Shown here: positions 12,701 through 26,451 of the stretch, one piece after another
How the letters are laid out: every line of letters begins with the position of its first letter
Numbering within the stretch: the first letter of the stretch is position 1
Assembly (NCBI GenBank): GCA_032718475.1
Contig: JAUCBJ010001290.1
Span: forward strand, 1-45,676
Length of the DNA stretch: 45,676 nucleotides
Direction of reading: 5' to 3'
DNA from: Nemertoderma westbladi
Taxonomy: Eukaryota; Animalia; Xenacoelomorpha
Translations under genes and position numbers: made by a program
Notes under the pieces: model-generated
What the model saw: only the letters and a program-made list of their open reading frames with translations
Database searches by the model: none
What the model was told of the DNA's origin: nothing

Positions 12701-15700
12701 TTGTTGTATGTAACTCTCTTGCAATGTATATCTCATATATTGTTGTATGTAACTCTCTTGCAATATATATGTCATATATTGTTGTATGTAACTCTCTTGC
12801 AATGTATATGTCATATATTGTTGTATGTAACTCTCTTGCAATGTATATCTCATATATTGTTGTATGTAACTCTCTTGCAATGTATATCTCATATATTGTT
12901 GTATGTAACTCTCTTGCAATGTATATCTCATATTTTGTTGTATATAACTCTCTTGCAATGTATATCTCATATATTGTTGTATGTAACTCTCTTGCAATGT
13001 ATATCTCATATATTGTTGTATGTAACTCCCTAGGAATGTATATCTCATATATTGTTGTATGTAACTCTCTTGCAATGTATATCTCATATATTGTTGTATG
13101 TAACTCTCTTGCAATGTATATGTCATATATTGTTGTATGTAACTCACTTGCAATGTATATCTCATATTTTGTTGTATGTAACTCTCTTGCAATGTATATC
13201 TCATATTTTGTTGTATGTAACTCCCTAGGAATGTATATCTCATATTTTGTTGTATGTAACTCTCTTGCAATGTATATCTCATATATTGTTGTATGTAACT
13301 CTCTTGCAATGTATATCTCATATATTGTTGTATGTAACTCTCTTGCAATGTATATCTCATATATTGTTGTATGTAACTCTCTTGCAATGTATATCTCATA
13401 TATTGTTGTATGTAACTCTCTTGCAATATATATGTCATATATTGTTGTATGTAACTCTCTTGCAATGTATATGTCATATATTGTTGTATGTAACTCTCTT
13501 GCAATGTATATCTCATATATTGTTGTATGTAACTCTCTTGCAATGTATATCTCATATATTGTTGTATGTAACTCTCTTGCAATGTATATCTCATATATTG
13601 TTGTATGTAACTCTCTTGCAATGTATATCTCATATTTTGTTGTATGTAACTCTCTTGCAATGTATATCTCATATATTGTTGTATGTAACTCTCTTGCAAT
13701 GTATATCTCATATATTGTTGTATGTAACTCTCTTGCAATGTATATCTCATATTTTGTTGTATGTAACTCTCTTGCAATGTATATCTCATATTTTGTTGTA
13801 TGTAACTCACTTGCAATGTATATCTCATATTTTGTTGTATGTAACTCTCTTGCAATGTATATCTCATATTTTGTTGTATGTAACTCCCTAGGAATGTATA
13901 TCTCATATATTGTTGTATGTAACTCTCTTGCAATGTATATCTCATATATTGTTGTATGTAACTCTCTTGCAATGTATATCTCATATATTGTTGTATGTAA
14001 CTCTCTTGCAATGTATATCTCATATATTGTTGTATGTAACTCTCTTGCAATATATATGTCATATATTGTTGTATGTAACTCTCTTGCAATGTATATGTCA
14101 TATATTGTTGTATGTAACTCTCTTGCAATGTATATCTCATATATTGTTGTATGTAACTCTCTTGCAATGTATATCTCATATATTGTTGTATGTAACTCTC
14201 TTGCAATGTATATCTCATATTTTGTTGTATGTAACTCTCTTGCAATGTATATCTCATATATTGTTGTATGTAACTCTCTTGCAATGTATATCTCATATAT
14301 TGTTGTATGTAACTCCCTGCAATGTATATCTCATATATTGTTGTATGTAACTCTCTTGCAATGTATATCTCATATATTGTTGTATGTAACTCTCTTGCAA
14401 TGTATATCTCATATATTGTTGTATGTAACTCTCTTGCAATGTATATCTCATATATTGTTGTATGTAACTCTCTTGCAATGTATATCTCATATTTTGTTGT
14501 ATGTAACTCTCTTGCAATGTATATCTCATATATTGTTGTATGTAACTCTCTTGCAATGTATATCTCATATATTGTTGTATGTAACTCTCTTGCAATGTAT
14601 ATCTCATATATTGTTGTATGTAACTCTCTTGCAATGTATATCTCATATTTTGTTGTATGTAACTCTCTTGCAATGTATATCTCATATATTGTTGTATGTA
14701 ACTCTCTTGCAATGTATATCTCATATTTTGTTGTATGTAACTCTCTTGCAATGTATATCTCATATATTGTTGTATGTAACTCTCTTGCAATGTATATCTC
14801 ATATATTGTTGTATGTAACTCTCTTGCAATGTATATCTCATATATTGTTGTATGTAACTCTCTTGCAATGTATATCTCATATATTGTTGTATGTAACTCT
14901 CTTGCAATGTATATCTCATATATTGTTGTATGTAACTCTCTTGCAATGTATATCTCATATATTGTTGTATGTAACTCTCTTGCAATGTATATCTCATATA
15001 TTGTTGTATGTAACTCTCTTGCAATGTATATCTCATATATTGTTGTATGTAACTCTCTTGCAATGTATATCTCATATATTGTTGTATGTAACTCTCTTGC
15101 AATGTATATCTCATATATTGTTGTATGTAACTCTCTTGCAATGTATATCTCATATATTGTTGTATGTAACTCTCTTGCAATGTATATCTCATATATTGTT
15201 GTATGTAACTCTCTTGCAATGTATATCTCATATATTGTTGTATGTAACTCTCTTGCAATGTATATCTCATATTTTGTTGTATGTAACTCTCTTGCAATGT
15301 ATATCTCATATTTTGTTGTATGTAACTCTCTTGCAATGTATATCTCATATTTTGTTGTATGTAACTCCCTAGGAATGTATATCTCATATATTGTTGTATG
15401 TAACTCTCTTGCAATGTATATCTCATATATTGTTGTATGTAACTCTCTTGCAATGTATATCTCATATATTGTTGTATGTAACTCTCTTGCAATGTATATC
15501 TCATATATTGTTGTATGTAACTCTCTTGCAATATATATGTCATATATTGTTGTATGTAACTCTCTTGCAATGTATATGTCATATATTGTTGTATGTAACT
15601 CTCTTGCAATGTATATCTCATATATTGTTGTATGTAACTCTCTTGCAATGTATATCTCATATATTGTTGTATGTAACTCTCTTGCAATGTATATCTCATA

Positions 15701-18700
15701 TTTTGTTGTATGTAACTCTCTTGCAATGTATATCTCATATATTGTTGTATGTAACTCTCTTGCAATGTATATCTCATATATTGTTGTATGTAACTCCCTA
15801 GGAATGTATATCTCATATATTGTTGTATGTAACTCTCTTGCAATGTATATCTCATATATTGTTGTATGTAACTCTCTTGCAATGTATATCTCATATTTTG
15901 TTGTATGTAACTCTCTTGCAATGTATATCTCATATTTTGTTGTATGTAACTCACTTGCAATGTATATCTCATATTTTGTTGTATGTAACTCTCTTGCAAT
16001 GTATATCTCATATATTGTTGTATGTAACTCTCTTGCAATGTATATCTCATATATTGTTGTATGTAACTCTCTTGCAATGTATATCTCATATATTGTTGTA
16101 TGTAACTCTCTTGCAATGTATATCTCATATATTGTTGTATGTAACTCTCTTGCAATGTATATCTCATATTTTGTTGTATGTAACTCTCTTGCAATGTATA
16201 TCTCATATTTTGTTGTATGTAACTCTCTTGCAATGTATATCTCATATTTTGTTGTATGTAACTCTCTTGCAATGTATATCTCATATATTGTTGTATGTAA
16301 CTCTCTTGCAATGTATATCTCATATTTTGTTGTATGTAACTCTCTTGCAATGTATATCTCATATATTGTTGTATGTAACTCTCTTGCAATGTATATCTCA
16401 TATATTGTTGTATGTAACTCTCTTGCAATGTATATCTCATATATTGTTGTATGTAACTCTCTTGCAATGTATATCTCATATATTGTTGTATGTAACTCTC
16501 TTGCAATGTATATCTCATATATTGTTGTATGTAACTCTCTTGCAATGTATATCTCATATATTGTTGTATGTAACTCTCTTGCAATGTATATCTCATATTT
16601 TGTTGTATGTAACTCTCTTGCAATGTATATCTCATATATTGTTGTATGTAACTCTCTTGCAATGTATATCTCATATATTGTTGTATGTAACTCTCTTGCA
16701 ATGTATATCTCATATATTGTTGTATGTAACTCTCTTGCAATGTATATCTCATATTTTGTTGTATGTAACTCTCTTGCAATGTATATGTCATATATTGTTG
16801 TATGTAACTCTCTTGCAATGTATATCTCATATATTGTTGTATGTAACTCTCTTGCAATGTATATCTCACATTTTGTTGTATGTAACTCTCTTGCAATGTA
16901 TATCTCATATATTGTTGTATGTAACTCTCTTGCAATGTATATCTCATATATTGTTGTATGTAACTCTCTTGCAATGTATATCTCATATTTTGTTGTATGT
17001 AACTCTCTTGCAATGTATATCTCATATTTTGTTGTATGTAACTCTCTTGCAATGTATATCTCATATATTGTTGTATGTAACTCTCTTGCAATGTATATCT
17101 CATATATTGTTGTATGTAACTCTCTTGCAATGTATATCTCATATATTGTTGTATGTAACTCTCTTGCAATGTATATCTCATATATTGTTGTATGTAACTC
17201 TCTTGCAATGTATATGTCATATATTGTTGTATGTAACTCTCTTGCAATGTATATCTCATATATTGTTGTATGTAACTCTCTTGCAATGTATATCTCATAT
17301 ATTGTTGTATGTAACTCTCTTGCAATGTATATCTCATATATTGTTGTATGTAACTCTCTTGCAATGTATATCTCATATTTTGTTGTATATAACTCTCTTG
17401 CAATGTATATCTCATATATTGTTGTATGTAACTCTCTTGCAATGTATATCTCATATATTGTTGTATGTAACTCCCTAGGAATGTATATCTCATATATTGT
17501 TGTATGTAACTCTCTTGCAATGTATATCTCATATATTGTTGTATGTAACTCTCTTGCAATGTATATCTCATATATTGTTGTATGTAACTCTCTTGCAATG
17601 TATATCTCATATATTGTTGTATGTAACTCTCTTGCAATATATATGTCATATATTGTTGTATGTAACTCTCTTGCAATGTATATGTCATATATTGTTGTAT
17701 GTAACTCTCTTGCAATGTATATCTCATATATTGTTGTATGTAACTCTCTTGCAATGTATATCTCATATATTGTTGTATGTAACTCTCTTGCAATGTATAT
17801 CTCATATTTTGTTGTATATAACTCTCTTGCAATGTATATCTCATATATTGTTGTATGTAACTCTCTTGCAATGTATATCTCATATATTGTTGTATGTAAC
17901 TCCCTAGGAATATATATCTCATATATTGTTGTATGTAACTCTCTTGCAATGTATATCTCATATATTGTTGTATGTAACTCTCTTGCAATGTATATCTCAT
18001 ATATTGTTGTATGTAACTCTCTTGCAATGTATATCTCATATTTTGCTGTATGTAACTCTCTTGCAATGTATATCTCATATTTTGTTGTATGTAACTCACT
18101 TGCAATGTATATCTCATATTTTGTTGTATGTAACTCTCTTGCAATGTATATCTCATATATTGTTGTATGTAACTCTCTTGCAATGTATATCTCATATTTT
18201 GTTGTATGTAACTCTCTTGCAATGTATATGTCATATATTGTTGTATGTAACTTTCTTGCAATGTATATCTCATATATTGTTGTATGTAACTCTCTTGCAA
18301 TGTATATCTCATATTTTGTTGTATGTAACTCTCTTGCAATGTATATCTCATATTTTGTTGTATGTAACTCACTTGCAATGTATATCTCATATTTTGTTGT
18401 ATGTAACTCTCTTGCAATGTATATCTCATATATTGTTGTATGTAACTCTCTTGCAATGTATATCTCATATTTTGTTGTATGTAACTCTCTTGCAATATAT
18501 ATGTCATATATTGTTGTATGTAACTCTCTTGCAATGTATATTTCATATTTTGTTGTATGTAACTCTCTTGCAATGTATATGTCATATATTGTTGTATGTA
18601 ACTCTCTTGCAATGTATATCTCATATATTGTTGTATGTAACTCTCTTGCAATGTATATCTCATATATTGTTGTATGTAACTCTCTTGCAATGTATATCTC

Positions 18701-19689
18701 ATATTTTGTTGTATGTAACTCTCTTGCAATGTATATCTCATATATTGTTGTATGTAACTCTCTTGCAATGTATATCTCATATATTGTTGTGTGTAACTAA
18801 CTCTCTTGCAATGTATATCTCATATATTGTTGTATGTAACTCTCTTGCAATGTATATCTCATATATTGTTGTATGTAACTCTCTTGCAATGTATATCTCA
18901 TATATTGTTGTATGTAACTCTCTTGCAATATATATGTCATATATTGTTGTATGTAACTCTCTTGCAATGTATATGTCATATATTGTTGTATGTAACTCTC
19001 TTGCAATGTATATCTCATATATTGTTGTATGTAACTCTCTTGCAATGTATATCTCATATTTTGTTGTATGTAACTCTCTTGCAATGTATATCTCATATTG
19101 TGTTGTATGTAACTCTCTTGCAATGTATATCTCATATATTGTTGTATGTAACTCTCTTGCAATGTATATCTCATATATTGTTGTATGTAACTCTCTTGCA
19201 ATGTATATCTCATATTTTGTTGTATGTAACTCTCTTGCAATGTATATCTCATATATTGTTGTATGTAACTCTCTTGCAATGTATATCTCATATATTGTTG
19301 TATGTAACTCCCTTGCAATGCATATCTCATATATTGTTGTATGTAACTCTCTTGCAATGTACAATCTCATATATTGTTGTATGTAACTCTCTTGCAATGT
19401 ATATCTCATATATTGTTGTATGTAACTCTCTTGCAATGTATATCTCATATATTGTTGTATGTAACTCTCTTGCAATGTATATCTCATATATTGTTGGATG
19501 TAACTCTCTTGCAATGTATATCTCATATTTTGTTGTATGTAACTCTCTTGCAATGTATATCTCATATATTGTTGTATGTAACTCTCTTGCAATGTATATC
19601 TCATATTTTGTTGTATGTAACTCTCTTGCAATGTATATCTCATATTTTGTTGTATGTAACTCTCTTGCAATGTATATGTCATATATTGT
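9701..19689. repeat. 39-bp minisatellite array, about 256 units (tgttgtatgtaactctcttgcaatgtatatctcatatat)
   Basis: Near-identical tandem units with a small set of recurrent variants. The unit is 13 codons long, which produces spurious long ORFs. Confidence 0.99.
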
Positions 19690-21675
19690 ATAGGTAGCTT
19701 CTTACCATATCATCGGAGTTTGTTTATAACCCAGTAACCTTAACAACAGCTTCGAAGATTATTTATCCATATCCACTCCCTATACATACACCTCCCTATA
19801 TACACTCCCTATACTCCCTTATAAACTTGTGAATGTCATTTGAAAATTCTAAAAAATTCAAAAATAAATTATTTCAACAAGTAACAAAAAAATGCGGTTT
19901 CAAAGTTCCTATCTATAGTGCACTTAAATTTAAGAAATGGATGATATATTTTATAAATGAATAAGATATGTACAGTATTATACAGTACTTATATATTAAT
20001 CAATCCATATTTATAACTTAAAGATTAATTAGTAACATTAATTATTAAACACTAATTATTAGTAAGTTAAACCAATTACAAAATCGCGCCTCTTATTCTC
20101 ATTTAGCTCAAGTTAAATCCAAGTATCGAATATGTCCTTGGAGTTCATGACCAAATAATTTCTTTGGAATTACACAAATTCTTTACGTCTTTAACTTTTG
20201 TGGCTAAAACGATAACTTTACCCTTCTTTCAAGAACTGCACCCTTCCTTGCCTTTATGTCATTATTTAAATAAGAATACATGGAATCCAAGCTGTCCAAG
20301 CATTTATTATACTTGCTTTTATCGGTCACATCCAATCGATTAACTTAGACGAGATCCAATAATTACAATCTCTTACTTTATAAAAGTACCATGAATATTT
20401 ATTAACCGTTATGTTGGGAGTTAATGACCATTCACCACACATAGAGTGGACCCATACCACTGCAACTTATTGATACAGGTACTGGTTATTCTATATCGAA
20501 ATTATTTAAAGATATGTGATATAACTGGTGCATAATAATGAAACTGATACTTCCCTAACATTTTCAGTAAAAACCAATCGGAAGGAAAGTCTTGGCACAC
20601 CTGACGGAACAAACAATATGGTCTTTTTCGTAGAGCACTGCCATTCATGTAAAATGACATTGTTTTATAACACATTACTACATTAGTAGCCTACACGTTC
20701 GTGGGGCGTACGCGCAGCACGAGGCTCAGTTATGAGACACAAATTAAAATTGAGCGATTGTATCATAAAATCATTATTTGAGAAATTTACCCACACCGCC
20801 AATCAATCAAAGAAAGAGGGACAGTACGTGTTCAACCATTTTAATCTGCACCCCAACCCAAAGGTCAGACGGTACCGCAGTACGTGAGATTGATGGCAGG
20901 TAGGTATTGTGAATTTGTGTTTTATGGGTAAAGTTAAGATCGTAGCCTGCTCAATTTGTCAGAAATATAAAACACATCTTATGCCGATATCGATGCAGTA
21001 AATGATATTGAAATAATTAAATTAATATACCGGTACCCTCTGCTGATGCCTCAGTGTAAAAACTTAAGCAGGCCTACAATACATAGGCAGGCATCAATAA
21101 ATAAAAAGCCTAATTTTTTTTAGGAATAAACTATTTTGGATACTAGAAACGCTGCGAGAGCAGCGTAAAACGAAAAACGAATCCCCCCCCCCCCCCCCCA
21201 GAGCTGCGTGAAACGAATCCCCCCCCCCCCCCCCCCCACCCCTCCCGCAATCAAAACAGCGACATTTACCATCCACGGAAGGGTAGCACGAACTTAGTTC
21301 CAATCGCACGTTCAATATGTGAAACCAGGTGGGTTATAGGAGTATAGTCAACGGAGTACTCGTCTTCATTATAAGCCGCGTTGCGCTCGTCCTGTTTTGT
21401 ATTTAAATATATTTCTTAAACACAGACTGACTATCTTTATAATTATTGATGCGTTCAATATGCGAAGGCAGGTGGTTTATAAGAGTATAGAGCCATCGCT
21501 GTATTGCTAGTTATGTTGGCTTCCGCCAGTATACCCACAGACCCAAAGAGTCCCACTGTCACGCAGACGCATCGAAAACGACCTTATTATAATTATAAAC
21601 GTTCGCTTAGGGCTCGCAGTTTTGACTCGCCCCATAGTATTACGCCACACTTTACTTACCTGCTAGCAATTCAAA

Positions 21676-21820
21676 GGAATTTCCGGGGTTTCAGCTACAG
21701 ATTTTCCCTTCCATGTTGTGTAGCAACTTCCAATCACGAACTAAGGAAATACACAAAATGCACAAACAAGCTGCTCCCTGCACTAGTTATTGCTGAGGCC
21801 AGATCATCGGTTAGCAACGT
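21676..21820 (+). promoter_or_regulatory. Candidate promoter of the TIR gene (kB-like site, RFX X-box-like site, CCAAT)
   Basis: GGAATTTCC at 21676-21684, GTTGTGTAGCAAC at 21715-21727 and CCAATCA at 21730. Possible 5'UTR intron from GTGAG (21871) to tttatttAG (22260). Confidence 0.35.
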
Positions 21821-22267
21821 AACAACACGAACTAAAACTGTTTACTAAGATTATCTTATGTTTCTAATATGTGAGCTGCAATCAAGTTTAATTGCAACTG
21901 ATCTAATAAACACTCAATAACAATGTCTTACAATTTTATAAAGGCCAGTAGTAGTGCCTAATTCTGTAACTGGCTCTGAAAGGAAATAAAATAATAGAGT
22001 ATTTTTTCTAAAAAAATATCTAAGAAGTATCTTATTTCATTGCATTTAACTTATTATTTTTGAGCTGCAGAAACATTTATTGTGTTCGCTTGTATGATGT
22101 TTGTTACATCAATGGATATAAATTATTTACAGAGCAAATTTATTAAATATATTTCTATTTATCATGAAAAAGGAATTTGGTTTTGTAATAATTTAATTTC
22201 GTGTTTGTTGGAATTAAATTAGGTTCTCGATAAATCAACCCATTATTTTTATTTATTTAGAAAATTA

Positions 22268-23890
22268 ATGTTTGTTATGGATGCCACATGGAAAGTGGGA
22301 AATTCCCGGAAACTTATTAGCACAACGTTTAAAATTGATACAAGATCATCAAGTCAAAATAGCAACAAGCCTTGTTCTTATTGCGAATACGAGGCTAGGA
22401 TGGAGACACAACATGTTAATTTAAATGGAAACTCACGTTCGAGTATAACGAGCGAAATTAATGAAATGGTTGAAAGAATAAACTACTCCAAAGGATACAC
22501 CAGTAACCAACAGCAGACTAACAAAGTGAAACTAAATCCTCGGATTGAAAGGTCAGAAAGACTGAGACCCAGATCTAGTATACAAGATGGCATTAATTCC
22601 GGACAGCACACCCAGATCAGCGGGCCACTATCATGGATGAAAGATCACGAACATGATCTCAAAATGGCCCTTCATCTAATCAAGACATACGGTCATCATT
22701 TAGTTGAAGAGCAGGGTCTGTCTGGAATCTGGAGTGCAATGGAGTCGGCGGTAAGAGGGACTGTTGTCTATAGCAACCACAACCAACCAGAAAATATCAA
22801 CAACACACTCCATAGAAACTTGTCCCCCATATCTAGGAGTTTTTGCAAACCAACTGGAAGAATGAGGCCAGTTACTCCCATATTGATGGGACACCAACGG
22901 GATCCGATTAATCATAAAGAGAGGCGTAAACCATTCAATCGCGCGACTCGTGTGTTCGTTTGCGGTTTACATAGTAACTGGGCGAGCAACACGATATTCT
23001 CAAGGATTGTCATATCGTTGTCCCAATACTGCTTGGTTGGATCCAATACCCAATCGCGAATTGTTGATTTGACTCACGTGGAAGATCGCATCGCCAACAG
23101 CGACGTGCTTGTGTGGACTATGACTCACTATACGATGCGCAACTCCACCTGTATCGAGATGTTAAGATTCGCAACTCTACGAGAAATTCCCGTAATAGTA
23201 GTCCGAGAATCGACGTACAAGATCCCAAGAAGTCTACATACAACGCCCAATGTTAGTCTAACTAGAAAGGAATCTTCGATCTGCCCGTCTTTGGACTTGC
23301 TGACCGTATTACGCGAGGGTTATACAAACGGGGTCGCTTTCTTTTCGCAGTATCCGTCTTCCAGTATGTCTAAACTTTACGCGAAACTGAGGAATCTTGT
23401 TGGTAACATATTTCCTGATGTCGAACCATCTCTAATATCCAAAAAATTACCACAAACTCGCCAGCTGACACCACGGATCTCCTCTGCGATCTCTTGTCGC
23501 AGTCAAATGACCCGCAACCGCCGAGTGTTATCGTCCTCGAATAACACGAAACAAAATAAAGAAAATCCTAATAATCCAGAGGTCGGAGTCTCAGGATATT
23601 GTAATGACGTCATTAAATTAGAGACTACCAGTAACAACTCGCTACCCTCCCCAAAACGAACTAAATACTTAGTAAGTAAGCCAAAACCAAACGCAGATGT
23701 GATGATAGTTGATTACCCCGACTCAGTGGAGATGCTAACAAGAGAGAGTGCGAGTGACGTCATAGCTGAGGTTGGTGACGTCGACTCAGAGGGACTGGGG
23801 TCATTTAGACTCGATCTTGATTGCCACTCCAATGTGTCGTCTTTGGACAGTCTTGAGAGTATATTATCACTACGTGATCATAGACATTAG
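22268..23890 (+). CDS. 540-aa protein with a central divergent TIR domain (SARM1/TIR_2-like) and disordered flanks
   Basis: 1.6-kb non-repetitive ORF preceded by a splice acceptor and followed by AATAAA (~23896). Residues 227-375 read RVFVCG...VEDRIANSDVLVWTMTHYTMRNSTCIEMLRFATLREIPVIVV...NGVAFFSQYPSSSMSKLYAKL. Confidence 0.8.
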   Translation: MFVMDATWKVGNSRKLISTTFKIDTRSSSQNSNKPCSYCEYEARMETQHVNLNGNSRSSITSEINEMVERINYSKGYTSNQQQTNKVKLNPRIERSERLRPRSSIQDGINSGQHTQISGPLSWMKDHEHDLKMALHLIKTYGHHLVEEQGLSGIWSAMESAVRGTVVYSNHNQPENINNTLHRNLSPISRSFCKPTGRMRPVTPILMGHQRDPINHKERRKPFNRATRVFVCGLHSNWASNTIFSRIVISLSQYCLVGSNTQSRIVDLTHVEDRIANSDVLVWTMTHYTMRNSTCIEMLRFATLREIPVIVVRESTYKIPRSLHTTPNVSLTRKESSICPSLDLLTVLREGYTNGVAFFSQYPSSSMSKLYAKLRNLVGNIFPDVEPSLISKKLPQTRQLTPRISSAISCRSQMTRNRRVLSSSNNTKQNKENPNNPEVGVSGYCNDVIKLETTSNNSLPSPKRTKYLVSKPKPNADVMIVDYPDSVEMLTRESASDVIAEVGDVDSEGLGSFRLDLDCHSNVSSLDSLESILSLRDHRH

Positions 23891-24949
23891 CTGATAATAA
23901 ATCACTATACTAGCTTGACTGGTATTTGTGCATGGCGCATGGCGTGTGATGAATGAACTGGAGGTTAGACTTGAAGGAGGTTAGAGTACTTGATCTCATG
24001 GTGACTAATGACTCTGTTGACGTCAACTATCATGTAATGTGTTACATATTATTATTAAAAAATTGTGTATTTTAAAATGTCGTAATTTGTGAAATATGAT
24101 GATTATCATTATTGGTGTGATTAAATAATAATGAATTTATTATCCTGTATGTAAAAAAAAACTAACGTAAATTTATTCAGAATCAATTACGTAGATATCC
24201 AGGTCCACTCCCAAGAAAATATTAAAAACGCTCACATTTTCACACAGTATCATATGGCGAGAGACACGAAGTACATGAGCCTGACAAGATAATTTTATAG
24301 GGGCCAAATTATCAATCTCAGCAATGACTGTCAAAATAAATTGGCAAATTATATGTATCATTACTTTGACATGCAACAAAGTAACATCTATGACTCCTGT
24401 CCATACGGGGCAGGGTGACAGGGAGGCAATTGCCGCCTAGCAAAATTCAATGGGAAAGAAATGAAAGGCAAGATGAGAGGAAAAATTTTGAGTATTAGTC
24501 ATTTTCATACAGTATATTATAATACTGCACAAGGGTAGACCGAGCAACTGGTATATACCGATAATATGAAAAAGAGCATTAAAAAGGTAGATTTAAATGT
24601 ACAAAATATCAATCTTGAATAAAAGAAATTTCGATATGTGCACTAGCGTTTAAGTAATTATTATACTTAAAGTGTAATACTGTAGGTATACCACAAACAC
24701 TGCCAAATTAATGGCAAATTGAAATAAATGTTTAATACAGGTTTGAAATCACCGCATACAATATACTGTATGTATATGTAGGATAAGATAACCTGTAATA
24801 AACATCAATATAAACTGCAGGTTGTACTGTACGCACCACTATAAATTATTGACAATGCTACTTGCAATTCCACCCCACCCACCCCCCCCCTCCCCCCCCC
24901 CCCCCCTCCTTCCCCCAAAATCAAATAGTAAAAATAGAGAAAAAAAGGA

Positions 24950-26080
24950 ATTGATGTTAAGCTAGGGTTAATATGTTCTCTCTCCGCCCAAAGGCCTCCC
25001 ACAAAAACCTTCCTAGTTTAATAAATTTTTCCTTACTGTTGGCCGACCAAATTTCCTTGTACTTTTCAATTGTTGGTACTGCTATTAGTCTCCTACTGAA
25101 ATATTTGGTCCCAATGTCCCGATACCTTCTACACACTATTAAAAATTGAAATTCGTCCTCCACGTAGCCACCCTCGCAAAATGTACATAACCTATTTTCA
25201 GGTGCCACATTATACCACCTTTCGTAGTCTATCATTAGTCTATGTGACCACAACTCTCCTTAATGACGGGTGCCCGACGCCCGGCCCGTGCCCTGCCCAC
25301 TCAGAACACGTAGATAGCTTTTACACCAAAACCTTCCTTCACATAGTACCTCCCCTTCGGTGACCCTGAGATTTCCGACTACCACAATTGCACAAACTGT
25401 GCGGACATCGGGACATCCGTTCTCGCACTGCCATTAAAAATTCCCTCCAATTGATATACCTCCTGATCATTCCAGACGCAGCTGAATCCCAAATAATTCA
25501 ATAAGTCCCTAACCTACGACGCCCAGTTACCACCACCGTTTCCTTCCTCTAAGTCTGCTAACTCTATATCATACGCCTGCCTAATTAGTCTGTTACTATT
25601 ACTCCTAAGTAGCGACAGCCACATTTTCACAATGCGAATCTTCCTTTCAAACTGTAAAGGTAATATACCCGACTCCCCGTACACCATAAAATTTGGTGTC
25701 GAAGACTTTACGTACAAAAATATTTTAATAAACTTTAAGTTAACGCGTTTGGTAACCATTGCATTTACTAAGCCCCAGACTTTACTACCATAGAGTAGAA
25801 TTGGTTTTGATCACTGCTGTAAATAAATAACTTGCCAGCTCCAAACTGATTGTAGGAAAAGTTACAAAATATTTTAGCAATGTGAAATATGTCTTCTCAC
25901 CCTTTTCCGTTATGACCTTCTGTGCGGGAGTGCGGCATTAAATTTACACCCACTGGTACAGTAAATAATAGGCATAATTACTGACTACATTCATTATCGC
26001 CCCACCGGTAACCCAATTCTCTATCGCCGCGACAATACCTCCTTTGCGGAAAATAACTATATTCGACTTGTCCACATTAT
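24950..26080 (-). mobile_element. 5'-truncated, decayed LINE (RTE-X-like), RT C-terminus and Zn finger
   Basis: Fragments PILLYGSKVWG, KIFLYVKSSTPNFMVYGESGILPL...KMWLSLL...NWAS and SHRLMIDYERW...ENRLCTFCEGGYVEDEFQFLIVCRRY, with stops and frameshifts. Confidence 0.88.
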
Positions 26081-26451
26081 TGAGCATAATGGTTTGAATC
26101 ATGAACTATGAACATAAAAAGAGTATAACATCATCAATTTCCTCTCCATTTCCCACATATGCCTTACCCTTCCCTCCGTTACAAATTCATAAACCCCATC
26201 GCCTCCCTCATAATAATGTAATTTCATGTGTACTGTACAAGTACCGGTACTATTAGAACCCCTGACTCCATTTAGATGGCCTTGCCCTGACTCATTTCTG
26301 TGACCGTGTGACTCCTGTTGTTTTGAATTTGGTTTTTAACATTCTACCTGCTACTTACTCTTCCGCTCTAGTTTACATTACGTGGCACATACATGGTACC
26401 GGTACTGGTATTTACTTCTTGCTTAAGGGATTAATATCTGTACCATTTTTA

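Noticed and set aside
9617-19697. Giant ORFs of up to 1895 aa as genes
   Set aside because: They are translations of a 39-bp satellite that is open on both strands, with no unique domain or signal peptide, and indels switch frames.
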